Assembly: GCA_028534125.1 (NCBI GenBank)
Contig: CM052816.1
Coordinates: 78,680,001-78,744,000, forward strand
Length of the DNA: 64,000 nucleotides
DNA from: Lama glama
Taxonomy: Eukaryota
Direction: 5' to 3'
The notes beneath the pieces are model-generated. The model saw only the letters and a program-made list of their open reading frames with translations, did not search any database and was not told the origin of the DNA. The position numbers were made by a program, and so were the translations under genes. Below are positions 11,816 to 23,490 of this stretch, one piece after another (position 1 is the stretch's first letter; every line of letters begins with the position of its first letter).

Positions 11816-12108
11816 CACATGATCACTGCTACCAATCTCATGATGGCTTCGTTAAGAGAATCAAAGAACTCTCTCAGGGCTTGCCCCTGCTCCTTCATGT
11901 TTCCAATCACAAATCCGAAGCACATGGAGAAGACCACTAGGCCCAGGGCGTTGACCCCGTTCACAGACCCTGGAACTGGGACTAACTCCTCTGTGATCCT
12001 CGTCAGTGTCTCCATGGCCTCTGACACATTGTTTATCACGGCACCCATGAGGGTTTCATTGGGTTGGATGGGCACTCTAAAGCTTCTCTTCTCATAGTTG
12101 GTTTTAAA
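11816..12108 (-). CDS. SLC1A3: EAAT1 coding exon 6 (293 nt): [32 protein letters not shown]...IMRLVAVIM(W); contains both N-glycosylation sequons (NET, NVS)
   Basis: Acceptor tttctttttaag|TTT, donor ATGTG|gtatgt; lies inside ORF 11782..12207. Confidence 0.97.
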
Positions 12109-12228
12109 CTTAAAAAGAAAAGGCACAACAGGAATTACAGGTGGCTTTTGTTTTCTTCTTTGTACTTTTCTGCTCAAAGTTTCTGTAATGATATACATTA
12201 CTCTCAATTTGGATACTGTAATAGAAAA

Positions 12229-12305
<77 letters not shown>
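12229..12305. repeat. Compound tetranucleotide microsatellite (TCTG)n(TCTA)n
   Basis: Seen directly; ~120 nt upstream of the exon 6 acceptor. Confidence 0.95.
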
Positions 12306-14239
12306 GTGTCTAATCTATCAAACTTCTATTAATTCCTCAGCAGAGACAAACACACACACACTCAGATACATTAACAAATCATAATGGGAATGAGGTATCT
12401 GGTTGAAGATGTTGGAGAAAACATATACATGTTTTTGCTTTTTTCTGAAACCCTAATAAAATGACTATAGCAGGCTTTTAAAAAACTATAAATTCAAAGA
12501 TCCAAAACCGTCCCTTTCCTCTCCATGGGTTCATGTCATGGGGTCATGGACAAATCATCTACCATCCCTTTCCTCATATTCCACAACTGTGAAACAGGGA
12601 TAACTGTGCTGGTTCCACCTCCCAGAGTGGTTGGAAGGGTCAAATTAAACAGAATATGAGAACATCTGGTAAATTCTAAAGCACTATACTAATATTGGCT
12701 AATGGTGCTCAGTAACAAAGCCCTTCAGGGACTAGGCTTAGCTGGAGATTTCAGTGAATATTAAGTTTTAAAATCCCCGAATAACATTCTTTAAGGTTCC
12801 TGATAGTATCATTTCTTAAGAAGAGGTGCTTGATTAATTTTAGAGCTTGCTTAATCAAGTCTATAGGAGTTTCTCCTCTTATTCAATAAATGGTCTCTTT
12901 CCCATAGCTTCTGCAAAATGCTCCAAGGGGAAGATACTGAGTGTGTTACTGCGGCCATTTGAAACAAGCCCATCCCGCCATGATTTTAATGAGAGTAGAA
13001 TTCCAGGCCTCCATGTTGATAGTAATAAAACCCTAGAGAGAGTAACAATGTACAGATGTTGACTGCATCTAGAATCCAGGGGAAGAAAGCACAGCTGTAC
13101 ATGAAGTGCTGGGCCATTTCTTTACCAAGAATAAATGGGACGCAACATTGTAAAATGACTATAACTCAATAAAAAAAAGTAAAAAAAAAAAAAAGAATAA
13201 ACGGAAGACAGTTTTGTCCAGTGGGAAATCACTACTCCCAAACAAGGACATGGCCAGCTGTCAATACTGTGGACACATCCTTAAACAATCTGTGGCACTG
13301 CTGGCAGTTCTAAGAAAGAAACTGATCCCTCTTTGTCTCCTATTCCAGTCAACTCTCAAATCTCTGTTCTATTGGGGGAGCTTATGCATTTTATGGGTTG
13401 TCTAGGCTGAATGTTCAATCCTGACTAGTCTCTCCTATGCTTCTAACACTTTCCCCTTAGACACAGTTTGCAGCCTACACAGAAACTGCAATCTCATTTG
13501 CATTCCAATCTAAGACAAATACATCGGGAAGACACATTTGCTTCCTCTTCAAAATCTTGTGACTGTAATCCAAAACCAAATACAATAAATCTGCGTGAGT
13601 CAGCACTTTTCCCAGGGCTGCTAGAAATCAGCATTTTTGATGTTGTCCAGTGCCAGCTGACTAACTGGAATAGTCAGCCCCATGGTGCTAGGCTTGGCTG
13701 GTTGGATTGAAAAGGGTTTATTATTTATGGTTACAGTTGTTTTGAATAAAGAATGATTTTACCCTCTCAGGCTTTTTTTTTTTTTAAAGAATTCTGTTAG
13801 AATTTTGCAGGGTATACATGCATCACCCATTAAAAATGGTCAATACAAATTTTGAAAAGGGGGAAAGAAAGTGTAATACTTGGTCTCCCATGAGATCATG
13901 GTTTGGTTTTGTTTTACAGATTCCAAGCAGAAAGTTTAGGGAATTATAACAAGTCTGAAGTGACACCATCTGGAGAAATGTTTGGGAACGATTATTAATT
14001 TTAGAATGTCTAATTGTTTCCCTTTTAATATTTTAGGCAACAAATCTTTTTTACTCTAGGGAGGTTAGAATGAACTAATTTCATCCCTTAATAGTAAAAT
14101 GTATTGGTATCTTCAATAGAGAGGGCCAAGAGTTGCTTGGATTGGGGGCTAAAAGGAACTAGACCTCACTATGGTCCCCTGGTAGGTGTCTCATCAGCCT
14201 GGATACCCCTTTCCATGAGACAGAATAAAATGTAGGCGT

Positions 14240-14455
14240 ATAAAAAAGACAGAATTTGAAGTCAACACAGTGGATCTGAATTCTCAGTCTGCCATTTACT
14301 ACTTGTAAAGCTTGTGCCTGTTACAGAACCCCTCTGAATTATCACCAGTGAGTTGCCTCATCAGTGTAATGAAGATAATGATACCTGTCATATTTGTGTG
14401 AGGAGTAAAGACAACATCAGTGCTTGGCACATAGCAGACCTTCAATACATGACGG
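14240..14455 (+). mobile_element. MIR SINE
   Basis: gatctgaattctcagtctgccatttactac...cctcatcagtgtaatgaagataatgatacct...gtgcttggcacatagcag. Confidence 0.7.
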
Positions 14456-14856
14456 TGGCAATCGTTTCTGATCGACATGGTTCCTCCTTTAGGATCTATA
14501 AGACCCTTCATAAACTTTTGGAAAAAAAAACCAACCCATTGATTTTTAAAATCAAAACCAGAAACTTGAATAACCTCCCTAATCTTTAAAACAAAATATA
14601 AATATATTTAATACTGGAGTTTGCTTGCTTGGTGAGCTTTTGTGTGGGGGATGTGGGGGAGGGGGGAGGGAGTCTCCTGATCAGCCTTTTTAACAATTAA
14701 CAGAGACTTAATAAGCCATTTGTATGCAAGACATACAGTGTCTGGCAACTAATAGCCTTCAAGACAAGGAAAGACCTCCCCCCTCCCAATTCCCCAGAAA
14801 ACTTTAGTGCTTTCCATCTGGTTGGAGAGAGAAGTGTTTCTTATTACAAAGAAATG

Positions 14857-14912
14857 GAAAATAAAATAAAATAAAATAAAATAAGATAAGATAAGATAAG
14901 ATAAAATAAAAA
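14857..14912. repeat. Pentanucleotide repeat (AAAAT)n/(AAGAT)n
   Basis: Seen directly; ~70 nt into intron 5 from the exon 5 donor. Confidence 0.9.
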
Positions 14913-14983
14913 AGAGAGTCCCACTTTGTTTGGTATGTCAAAGAAGAATTTCAAAGGTGAATTACTAGCTGTAGGGTATTTAC

Positions 14984-15026
14984 CTGTTTAAAGCAGGCTT
15001 CTACCAGATTTGGAGGAAACATATTC
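14984..15026 (-). CDS. SLC1A3: EAAT1 coding exon 5 (43 nt): (R)NMFPPNLVEACFKQ
   Basis: Not in the ORF track; read by eye as tttgcag|G AAT ATG TTT CCT CCA AAT CTG GTA GAA GCC TGC TTT AAA CAG|gtaaat. It bridges the frames of exons 4 and 6 exactly. Confidence 0.96.
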
Positions 15027-16629
15027 CTGCAAAGAAAGTAACAGTCACTTGAAAATTTTCCCAAATAATAAATTAGCTCCTTAAATGCTTTTTGATTTTG
15101 TCTAAGGTAAAAACTGCATTGAACTAAGCAGCAAATGGAAAAAGAGAATGATTTTGGTGGATTTTATTAAATGGGACATAGGTCATACTTAATGGTGGCC
15201 CATGTAGTTCATATTTTTCAAGGAAGTCCCAAATTCAACTCATCTGCCCTTTCGTAAGACATTCTTTATTCAGACATCAAACGCTGCTCCTAGAAGAACC
15301 CAAGTAAGAACAGAAATGCCCTTTACCATAAGCATTTTGGCTAACTGAGGTATTATTCATCAGTGGCCATTTTGGTGTTTTGCCCTATGTTTAGGGACCA
15401 AATGTTCTGAATTAAATGTCATGATGGGACTGTGGAATTAGTTCTTCACAAAGTCCTCCCAAAGGCCCTCTGGAGAACAAGATATGGACTCTGAATTGCT
15501 GGAACTTCTGAGGCTATTTGGTGACCCTAGAGAGATGGCCCCACAAAATTTAACTCGAGGCAGAGTTCGTCACTCCCTCAGAGCAGTGTTTGAGTTCATG
15601 ATGGGGAAGGAAGAAGGGGCAACACTCTAGCTGGGGAATCTCTACGTGTGACTTTGACTAATTCATGGTACCTACTTAGGTGTCAGTTGATTCATCTGAT
15701 AAAGCAGAGATTAGAGAATGAAATGATCACTAGGGCTCCAAGACTGAAGCCTGTGGGAGAAGGAGGCATGGAGTCCAGCAGATGTATGCCATCAAAGACT
15801 TATTTTAAGATGATAAGCTCTTGTGCTTTCTTCTTACTGTCTGGACCATCCTGTTCCTTTGTCCTTCCCATCTATGCTCTATAGGTCCGTGTCTACAAAC
15901 ACTGATAAAAATGTGAGTTTAGGAGATTCCAAGATAAATGCTCAACCTACGTGACTGGGTGGGGACAGGTTAATCATATACCTGTCACTGGGGCAAGGAG
16001 GGGGCAGAAACACATGGTGCGCCAATGGAGCAACCCGAAATGAAGATCCCAAATCTTCAAACAAGGAGTAGAAATTATACAGAAAGAGACTGTAATAAAA
16101 TACTCCTAATCAAAACTACATGAGGGTAAAGTTCCTTGGGGGGCAAATAAAGGTGAAAAGCCTTAATGAACGGTATGAACTAATAAATAAAATCATAGCT
16201 ACCAGGTGACAACTTGGTATGAAATAACAGAGTGGCTTGTTACCTTCAGGTAATTGGAATTAACTCCCTGTAAAGGGCTTTCAAGAGGCACTGTGGGGCC
16301 ATGTTGTGCTTACACACAGAGGGTACAAAGTCACTCATGGGAAGAATTGAGAGGTGCTGCCGAAGAGACCCTTTGTCGCCCAAATCGCTCTTGAATCTGT
16401 GAGCCACAGACCCGTTCCTTGAGATGGCATGTGACATCAAGTCCCTAGGAGGAGCGTGTTTGAGATGATCAATGGGGAATTCTTTAGAGTAGAAATCTAG
16501 GATTGGCAAACCAGTCACTGTAAGTAAGCTGTAAAGAAGGGAGGAAAGGACAAGGTTTGGGGGAGACAGACCAGGTGGGCTACTTGGTGGAGGAAAATGA
16601 AGCAGGTGGGGGATCTAGATGTCTGGGCT

Positions 16630-17010
16630 GGGCTGTCTTCCATTTGCCCTTCTAGATTCACTCTCCATCCTGCTTCCTGCCCTGAGAAGCTGACCCGTTG
16701 CTTTCTGGCTTCCTGCTGGGTTTGTCCAGTGGGAGGCGCTGACAGAACACAGGGCAGTGGGAGAGGAGCGGATGTATATGTTCTTTCAACTCTCTCTTTT
16801 TTGGTACGTTGGGCAACAACTCCCTCCCTCCCAATTACAGCCATAGCTCCTGTCTTCAAGGTCCTTTCCCAAGGCTACAGCTCTTCCTGGTTCCACTAAC
16901 AGCTCCAGTCCTTTGCCCCTCAGAGCTACAGGTGGTAACAAAACAGCTTCCTATAGCTGTTAGTCCCTAGTGTCTCACCATCCCTTGTAGGTTCCCTTAA
17001 CCTTGCCTTA
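16630..17010 (+). mobile_element. Ancient ERVL LTR (LTR33-like)
   Basis: ccatttgcccttctagattcactctcc...ggtggtaac...tctcaccatcccttgtaggttcccttaaccttgcc matches the recalled LTR33 consensus. Confidence 0.7.
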
Positions 17011-17234
17011 ATTCCTTAACAGTACAAAAGGAAAAGCTTGGACCAGATATGATCAGATGATCTCTAAAGTCCCTTCCAGAAATCAATTATTATGTATAAT
17101 GGATGATGATACAGATCACAGGTTCCAAACTAGAAAAGTCCAATGAACAGGCTACACTTGAATAAAAACTAGCCTTAGCGAGCAAGACTTGAGGAAAGTA
17201 GGTTAAGAAGGGCATCATTATTGGAGAGCAGTTT

Positions 17235-17597
17235 GTTAAGTGAAATAAGTCTGACAGAGAAAGACAAATACCGTATGGTATCACTTACATGTGGAATCTA
17301 AAAAATACAAGCTGGTGAATATAACAAAAAAACAAGCAGACTCACAGATGTAGAGAACAAACTAGTGGTTACCAGTGGGAAGAGGGAAGTGGGGAGGGGC
17401 AAGATAGGGGAAAAGGATTAAAAGATACAAACTATTAGGCATAAAATAAGCTATAAGGATATAATATGATGCAAGGAATACAGCCAACGTTTTATAATCA
17501 CTATAAATGGAGCATGATCTTTAAAAATTATGAATCACTATACTGTGCACCTGTAACTTACATAATGTTGTACAGCAATATGCTTCAATAAAAAAAA
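17235..17597 (+). mobile_element. L1 3' end (Laurasiatherian/artiodactyl type)
   Basis: taagtgaaataagtc...agaaagacaaatacc...tgtggaatctaaaaa...cttcaataaaaaaaa. Confidence 0.9.
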
Positions 17598-17898
17598 TTG
17601 CACACACAAAAGAGTATTATCACAAGGTGAGCTACACAGTTGAGAGAACTGAGTGATCAGATTCAGCATCCTAAAAGCAGGGCTCTTAAATCTTTATTTC
17701 CTTGCTCTTCCCACCTCTTTCACAGGAGATCAGAAAATGGATCCTTCAGTTTCTGTTAGAAAGAAGATGTGACCTTCACTTCAAGCCCAGCAGGGCTGGT
17801 TCAGTTGGACACCTCTTCTAGGGTTTGGTTAGCTCCCCCCAAGAAAAGGGGTTGAGTGGTCAAAATATATCCAAAAGGATGGGCTCGCAAGGACGTAC

Positions 17899-18103
17899 CT
17901 GATCAAGTCCAGGAAGGCGTCTGCAGCTGTCACTTGTACAATTTTGCCTTCTCTGTGCATGTTTTCCTTTGTGCCCTTCCCAGGATGGATGATGATGACA
18001 ATGATTATGCCAATCACCACGGCAATGATGGTCGTAGTCATGTAATAGACTACAGCTCGCATTCCCATCTTCCCTGATGCCTTACTATCTAGGGCCGCCA
18101 TTC
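17899..18103 (-). CDS. SLC1A3: EAAT1 coding exon 4 (205 nt): (G)[24 protein letters not shown]...AADAFLDLI(R)
   Basis: Acceptor tcaccag|GA, donor TCAG|gtacgt; lies inside ORF 17829..18116. Confidence 0.97.
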
Positions 18104-18450
18104 CTGGTGAAGGCAAACAGAAGGAGATTTTCAGGAAATCAGTTCAGGGAAGTCTTCAGTGGAGGATGCCAGGAAGAGCATTGCCTTCTACATTCCCTTA
18201 CCCTCTCCCACCCGGCAACGGGGTTTTATACACGTTATGACAACTTGACACAAAATTTAATCAAGGGATCACAAAAGGTGAGAGGGAAAGCCTTAGAATG
18301 GCAGGGCATCAGCTGTGTCAGCCAACATGTCATCACCCAAATGTTTTCTGCCCTGAGAGTTGATTTCCTGTGGCTCTCTAACGGTTTGAAAGAGATTCTT
18401 TCCTAGGTTGCTACTAGCTGAGGAAGCTGTGAGTATGAATTAGTGAAGGG

Positions 18451-18497
18451 GTGTGTGTGTGTGTGTACACGTGTGTGTGTGTGTACACGTATGTGTG
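18451..18497. repeat. Interrupted (TG)n microsatellite
   Basis: Seen directly. Confidence 0.9.
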
Positions 18498-21400
18498 AAG
18501 AGATACCTTAAAAAGATTTCTGGCAGGATAATCTAAGCAGTCAAGTTCAAGCACTGTAGTGACTCACATAGTCACTCACACAATGGCACTGTAGTGCCAT
18601 TAAATTCTTTCAAGAATTATTATCTTATGTATGTATTTGGGAAACTTTTGGGGGATGTTTTTATGTAAAATTGAAGTTATAGTCTAATCACCTACTCCTG
18701 TATCTTCAGTTTGCATTTCAAGTAGGCCAAAGTTCTCAAATAGCTTCTCAGTTGTTTCATTTGATCTCATCTAACCAAAAATTTTTAAAAGGAATGATTT
18801 TGGTGGAGTTCTTCTCATTTTTGCACTCTGCCTGCCTCCCCCTTGTCCCACAGGCCTGCAGCGCCTTATCTCATGTGGAACATTCCTCCCCTCATGTTTA
18901 GGACATCTTCAAAGTCTACCGCAGGCAAGTATTATCCTTGGTAAGAAAGACGGCATGACTTTGAAGGGTTCCCTAACTGCTCTGGCAAATGGAATAAATC
19001 TCCGTGACCCTTGAAATGGGAAAAAAATTGAAAATGACACAAAATTCCTAGAAGATTCGGCCATCTAGAATAATATGGGCCATTCTCTTTCATTAGCTGT
19101 TTGTTCACTTCTTTCTCTTCCCCAAACCCACTGAAACACTAAAATTCAATTATAGCATAATCCAATTACGGGTAGTCAAACTTTTTTCTTTACTATTTAA
19201 ATCGTGATTCTATAAATGTATTAAAAGTAAATACTGTAGTTCAATGACTGGGATCAGGTTTTAATAGTTGTTCAATATTTAGATAATGACCCTGTTCATA
19301 CTAATATTATACTTAGAGTAAGGTAAAGCACTGAAAAAAATAGTGTCCATGACTGCCAGATAACTGGCTGGGTTTGCCCCATTCATGATACAATGATAAT
19401 GAACTTATATGAAAATTGAAGCCATGATCTTCAATTTATAGTTTCACATGTATATGAATCACATCATTCAAAATTTTCATAATATGCACTTACTTAATAC
19501 CTGACATGTTCTTATTTTTAACAACAACCTATAAGATGACTGAAATGCAATTAAGTAACTCTCTAAGGTCTTCGTTAACACCAAGTAAAATGGAGTGGGA
19601 ACTTGAACCCAGATCTTGTGTAACTGAATTGAGCGTGCTTTCTGCCCTGAGAAAAGCAACTGCAGCTCCCACAAAGAGGAGGCCAATTTTGGTTTCCGTG
19701 CATAAATTAAGCTTATTTCACTCTTGCCCTAGGTTTCAAGAAACCCAGGGTGAATACCCACTTTTTGGGGTGGTGCCCATTTAACACGGCACCATCATTA
19801 AAAATGGGCTAATGTGTCCTCAATCCAAGTGCTCCCATCCCCCCAGGTTCATTCTCAGGTCTCAGTCACATCTCAAAACATCTTGGCTTTCCTGTGCTTG
19901 AGATCACGTCTCCCAGAAGGGCCCACTTTCTTTCCCATCATTGCCTGAGCTCGTCACCACTGAAGCCTGTAACTCTCCGGCGGGTGAGTGGTGGGGGCAC
20001 AATAGGCCGGATATCTCTGCTAGGGGTACCGGTATTTTCTTCCTCCGAGATGCTTTCTCTCCCTCTTGCCTTCTATCCTGTGGTGCTGTTCCGTTCTCAC
20101 GCCAACTCTTCTCTGAGGCTCCTGCCCACTACTCCCGACCTATAGCTATTCAGAGAGAGCGCTAAGTGGTCAAGGCAGAGCACTGGAAACCAACGTGGCA
20201 GACAAAGGAGGAGGCTTAAATCTCCCTCCCTCCCACCACTGGGGGAGGGGTGGAGGACGTCATCCCAGAATCCACAGCAATAGCAAAGTTTATAGATGTT
20301 TTAAAAAAATTTTTTTTAAATGAAAACCAGTGTGAAAGTATTTTCTTCATACTTTCTAATTCTGAAATAGCTGAAGACAAACACGGAGGCATTTTTTTAG
20401 CAGTGAGCCCAGCAGGAGAATCCATAGTCAAATGCGAGGTGTCACCAGCCTCTGCATATTGACCTTTTCCTTTGAAAGGGAACGAAGCAGCCGCTGCTGT
20501 TATTTCAGCCAAGGAAGGGGGTGTGCGGGGCTGTCTTCATTAACCAATCTCCAAGTAGGTCCTGCCCCTAAGTGGGCTGCTTGCTTCTGCTCCCGCTCCC
20601 CCAGCAGCCTCCCCCCAGCCCCTTCGAACTCCAACCACTCCACCTTTCTGAGACAGGCTTGTTAAACTTAAGGGACCAGCAGAAGCAAGGCCACACCCTG
20701 TCGTCAGGGCAACAGCAGGACAGATGTGGACAACCTGTCACAGCACTGGGCCTGAAAGAGAATGGCCGTGATTCTGACAGAACCAGGAAAATGGAGGAAG
20801 AGCTGGAAGACAAAACCCCACAAAGATGTCATTCTTCCTCTCTCGTACCCAAACTCTGTGACCATCTCCTCTCCCCAGCCTCCTGAAATTCCAGACAGAG
20901 CTCTACACCAGAGACTACACACAAATGTCAGCGTGTCCGGGCGCAGGGGGAAAGCACTAAATCACTTTGTAGAAAAGGGACCTTTGGCAGGAAGTGCCCT
21001 AAATGTTTGAGAAGGGGACAGTTTGCACTGAACCTTGTCATTCTAAAATATATGATAGCAAAGGGCATGGGGGGCAGGGGGAAAGAGGAGGCCACTTGGG
21101 TATGTAGATGCTTCTGGGAGTGTGTTATGACAACTATGCGATCAAATAAATACGTATTTGAGAAACACATTCCAGAGCAAGTAGTAAAGATAATGATCTT
21201 GACTGGTCTCTTTTTCTTCATTTGATCCGGGCTTAGCTACACCAGCCTCATTCAAGACATCCTGACATCTTTATTATGTCAACAATCTGTCATCAGGATT
21301 GAGATCCTTTTGAAACCAACCTAAAGAAGTACTATATTGTACTATTTCTACAAGTACTGTGATAGCTCTTCTAATTACAATGACGTGTTTGCAAGTTTAT

Positions 21401-23264
21401 GTTTTGTATATTGTGAGTTAACTTTTGTGCTGATCCACTAATTCCCTAACCAAATTCTCCATGATCAATGGCTCATACTCATCTGATTTCAAGACACCTG
21501 TATATTGTGCATATTGTTGATACCATTTTAAAGGGAAAGCTACAAGAGACCAGAGAAGTTAAGTTACTTGCCCACTGTTGCACAGCTGGTAAACAGCAGT
21601 GGCAGGATTTGAACCCACACTCCAGGGAGCACCCTTCCCACTATACCTTGATTCTTATGGACAAGCTAGGAGTCACCCACATTTCATTTGCTTGTTATCC
21701 ATGCTAGCTTTCTCTAACTTTCTTGCATTCGAGTTCAATGCTGAAATGAGCCACCTGGTTGGAAGAAAACTCCGTGGTGAGAGGTAACTGTGGAAAAACG
21801 ATGACACATTCCTCAGTGTTCTCCACCTTGAGGGAACATGGGCAAGACTGGTCACCAGAAGGACTGGCTAGAGAGCTGATCAATCAGTTCAAATTCCTCA
21901 CTGTTCCAAGAAAAACAGTCCAGAGCATGTTTTCATAGAGTGCGGTGGGCCATGCATACTTGCTGGCTGTGGGCACATGAGTCTTACTTTCCTTTCTAAA
22001 AATCAACTCATCAATAATCAGTCACCAAGAAAGCAATCAATCATTCATTTCCGCAAACCTATTACATGTTCACCAGTGAGTTAAGCATCTAAAAGAGAAT
22101 AAACAAGACATTTTCTAGAATGTAAAAGATTTAGACTTTGCTACAATTACCTGGGTATTTTAGGCAGCAGTCACTTTGAAAAGAGAGGAAAGGGAAGAGA
22201 GTTTCCTGATGCAAATGGTCAACATGCATTTACCTTTTATTTATGAAGACAGTCTTTTGGTAATCACTTTGGTACAAAGATATGCACCAAATTCATGGTT
22301 TTGGGGGTGCTGGGTTAGAAAGGGAGTGTTTCACAAATGTGTATGGAACTCTGTAAGTCTATTGTGAATTAGATTTCTTCTGATATAATATCTGGTATGA
22401 CTTCTTGGATAAATGAAATATGTATTCAGTCCAGTATTAAAGGATAACATATAAATAATGTCAAGTTCCCAAGGCTCTGTTATTTACATGGATTTTATTC
22501 TCCCATCTGCTAAAAATCTGTACATTAATGGGTCTCAGTATATTCCCCAGAAATTCTTGTCTTTGGTCTTGAAATACGAAATCTAAAAATGTAGCCTTCT
22601 GTTAGGAATTGTTTTACTGTGTTTCACTGTTCTTCCAGGACCACTGGACCAGGCCCAGAAAGAACGAAAACCGAGGGGTGGCAATTGCTGATTCAAGAAT
22701 ACTGTTCTGTTTCAGTTTTTATTTTATTTTAGGTGTACTCCTCCTTCACAGTGGGCATCTCCAACCCTCCTCTAATGAAAGCCGCCTGTTCTCAACCCCT
22801 GGAGAATTCCAAGATGGGCAGCTTACAAGGAAATCAAGGATGAGCACTCTTATGTACCGTATTTATTTGAATACAAGGTGATGACACAGGAACCCTCACC
22901 ACAGACAGTGAGCAAGGAGGCCAAAAAGCTCAGAGGAAAGGTGGTGAGGGGGCGGGAGTGAGCATCAGACAAAGCACTGTAAATCTCTGTCTAAAACTAC
23001 CTTAAGCTTTTTTTCACTGAAATATTTTCTTCTTGATTCTTTACAGACTAGCTTGTAAAAAAAAAAAAAAGTGTAAGTTCTATGATTCTAGGGGTTTGGG
23101 GACAGAAGGCAAATCTTTACAAGTTAGAAGTTGTATCACAATTTTGCATCACAATGAATAAGCTGATTATAACCTCAGAATTTAATCTAAGAGATAATAT
23201 TTCAAACTATTTAAGGCCAACCTGAGGCATTTTTAGAAGCACATTCTATTTTAAAAATTGCAAT

Positions 23265-23490
23265 ACAGTGATTAAAGGGTTCAAGCTCTGGGGTTAGAAT
23301 ACCTGGATTCCACTTCTAGCTCCGGTACCATATGACCTCTGTAAGCCTTAGTTTCCTCATCTGTAGAATGGGAATAACGAAAGCTCTCTCAGAGTTTTCA
23401 TGGTTTAAAGGGACTTCTGTACAGAAAGCACTTAGCATAGTGTTTGGCACACAGTAAGCACTCAACGAATGTTAGCTGTTATTATTAATT
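23265..23490 (+). mobile_element. MIR SINE
   Basis: ccttagtttcctcatctgtagaatgggaataa...aaagcacttagcatagtgtttggcacacagtaagcactcaacgaatgttagctgttattatt. Confidence 0.85.
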
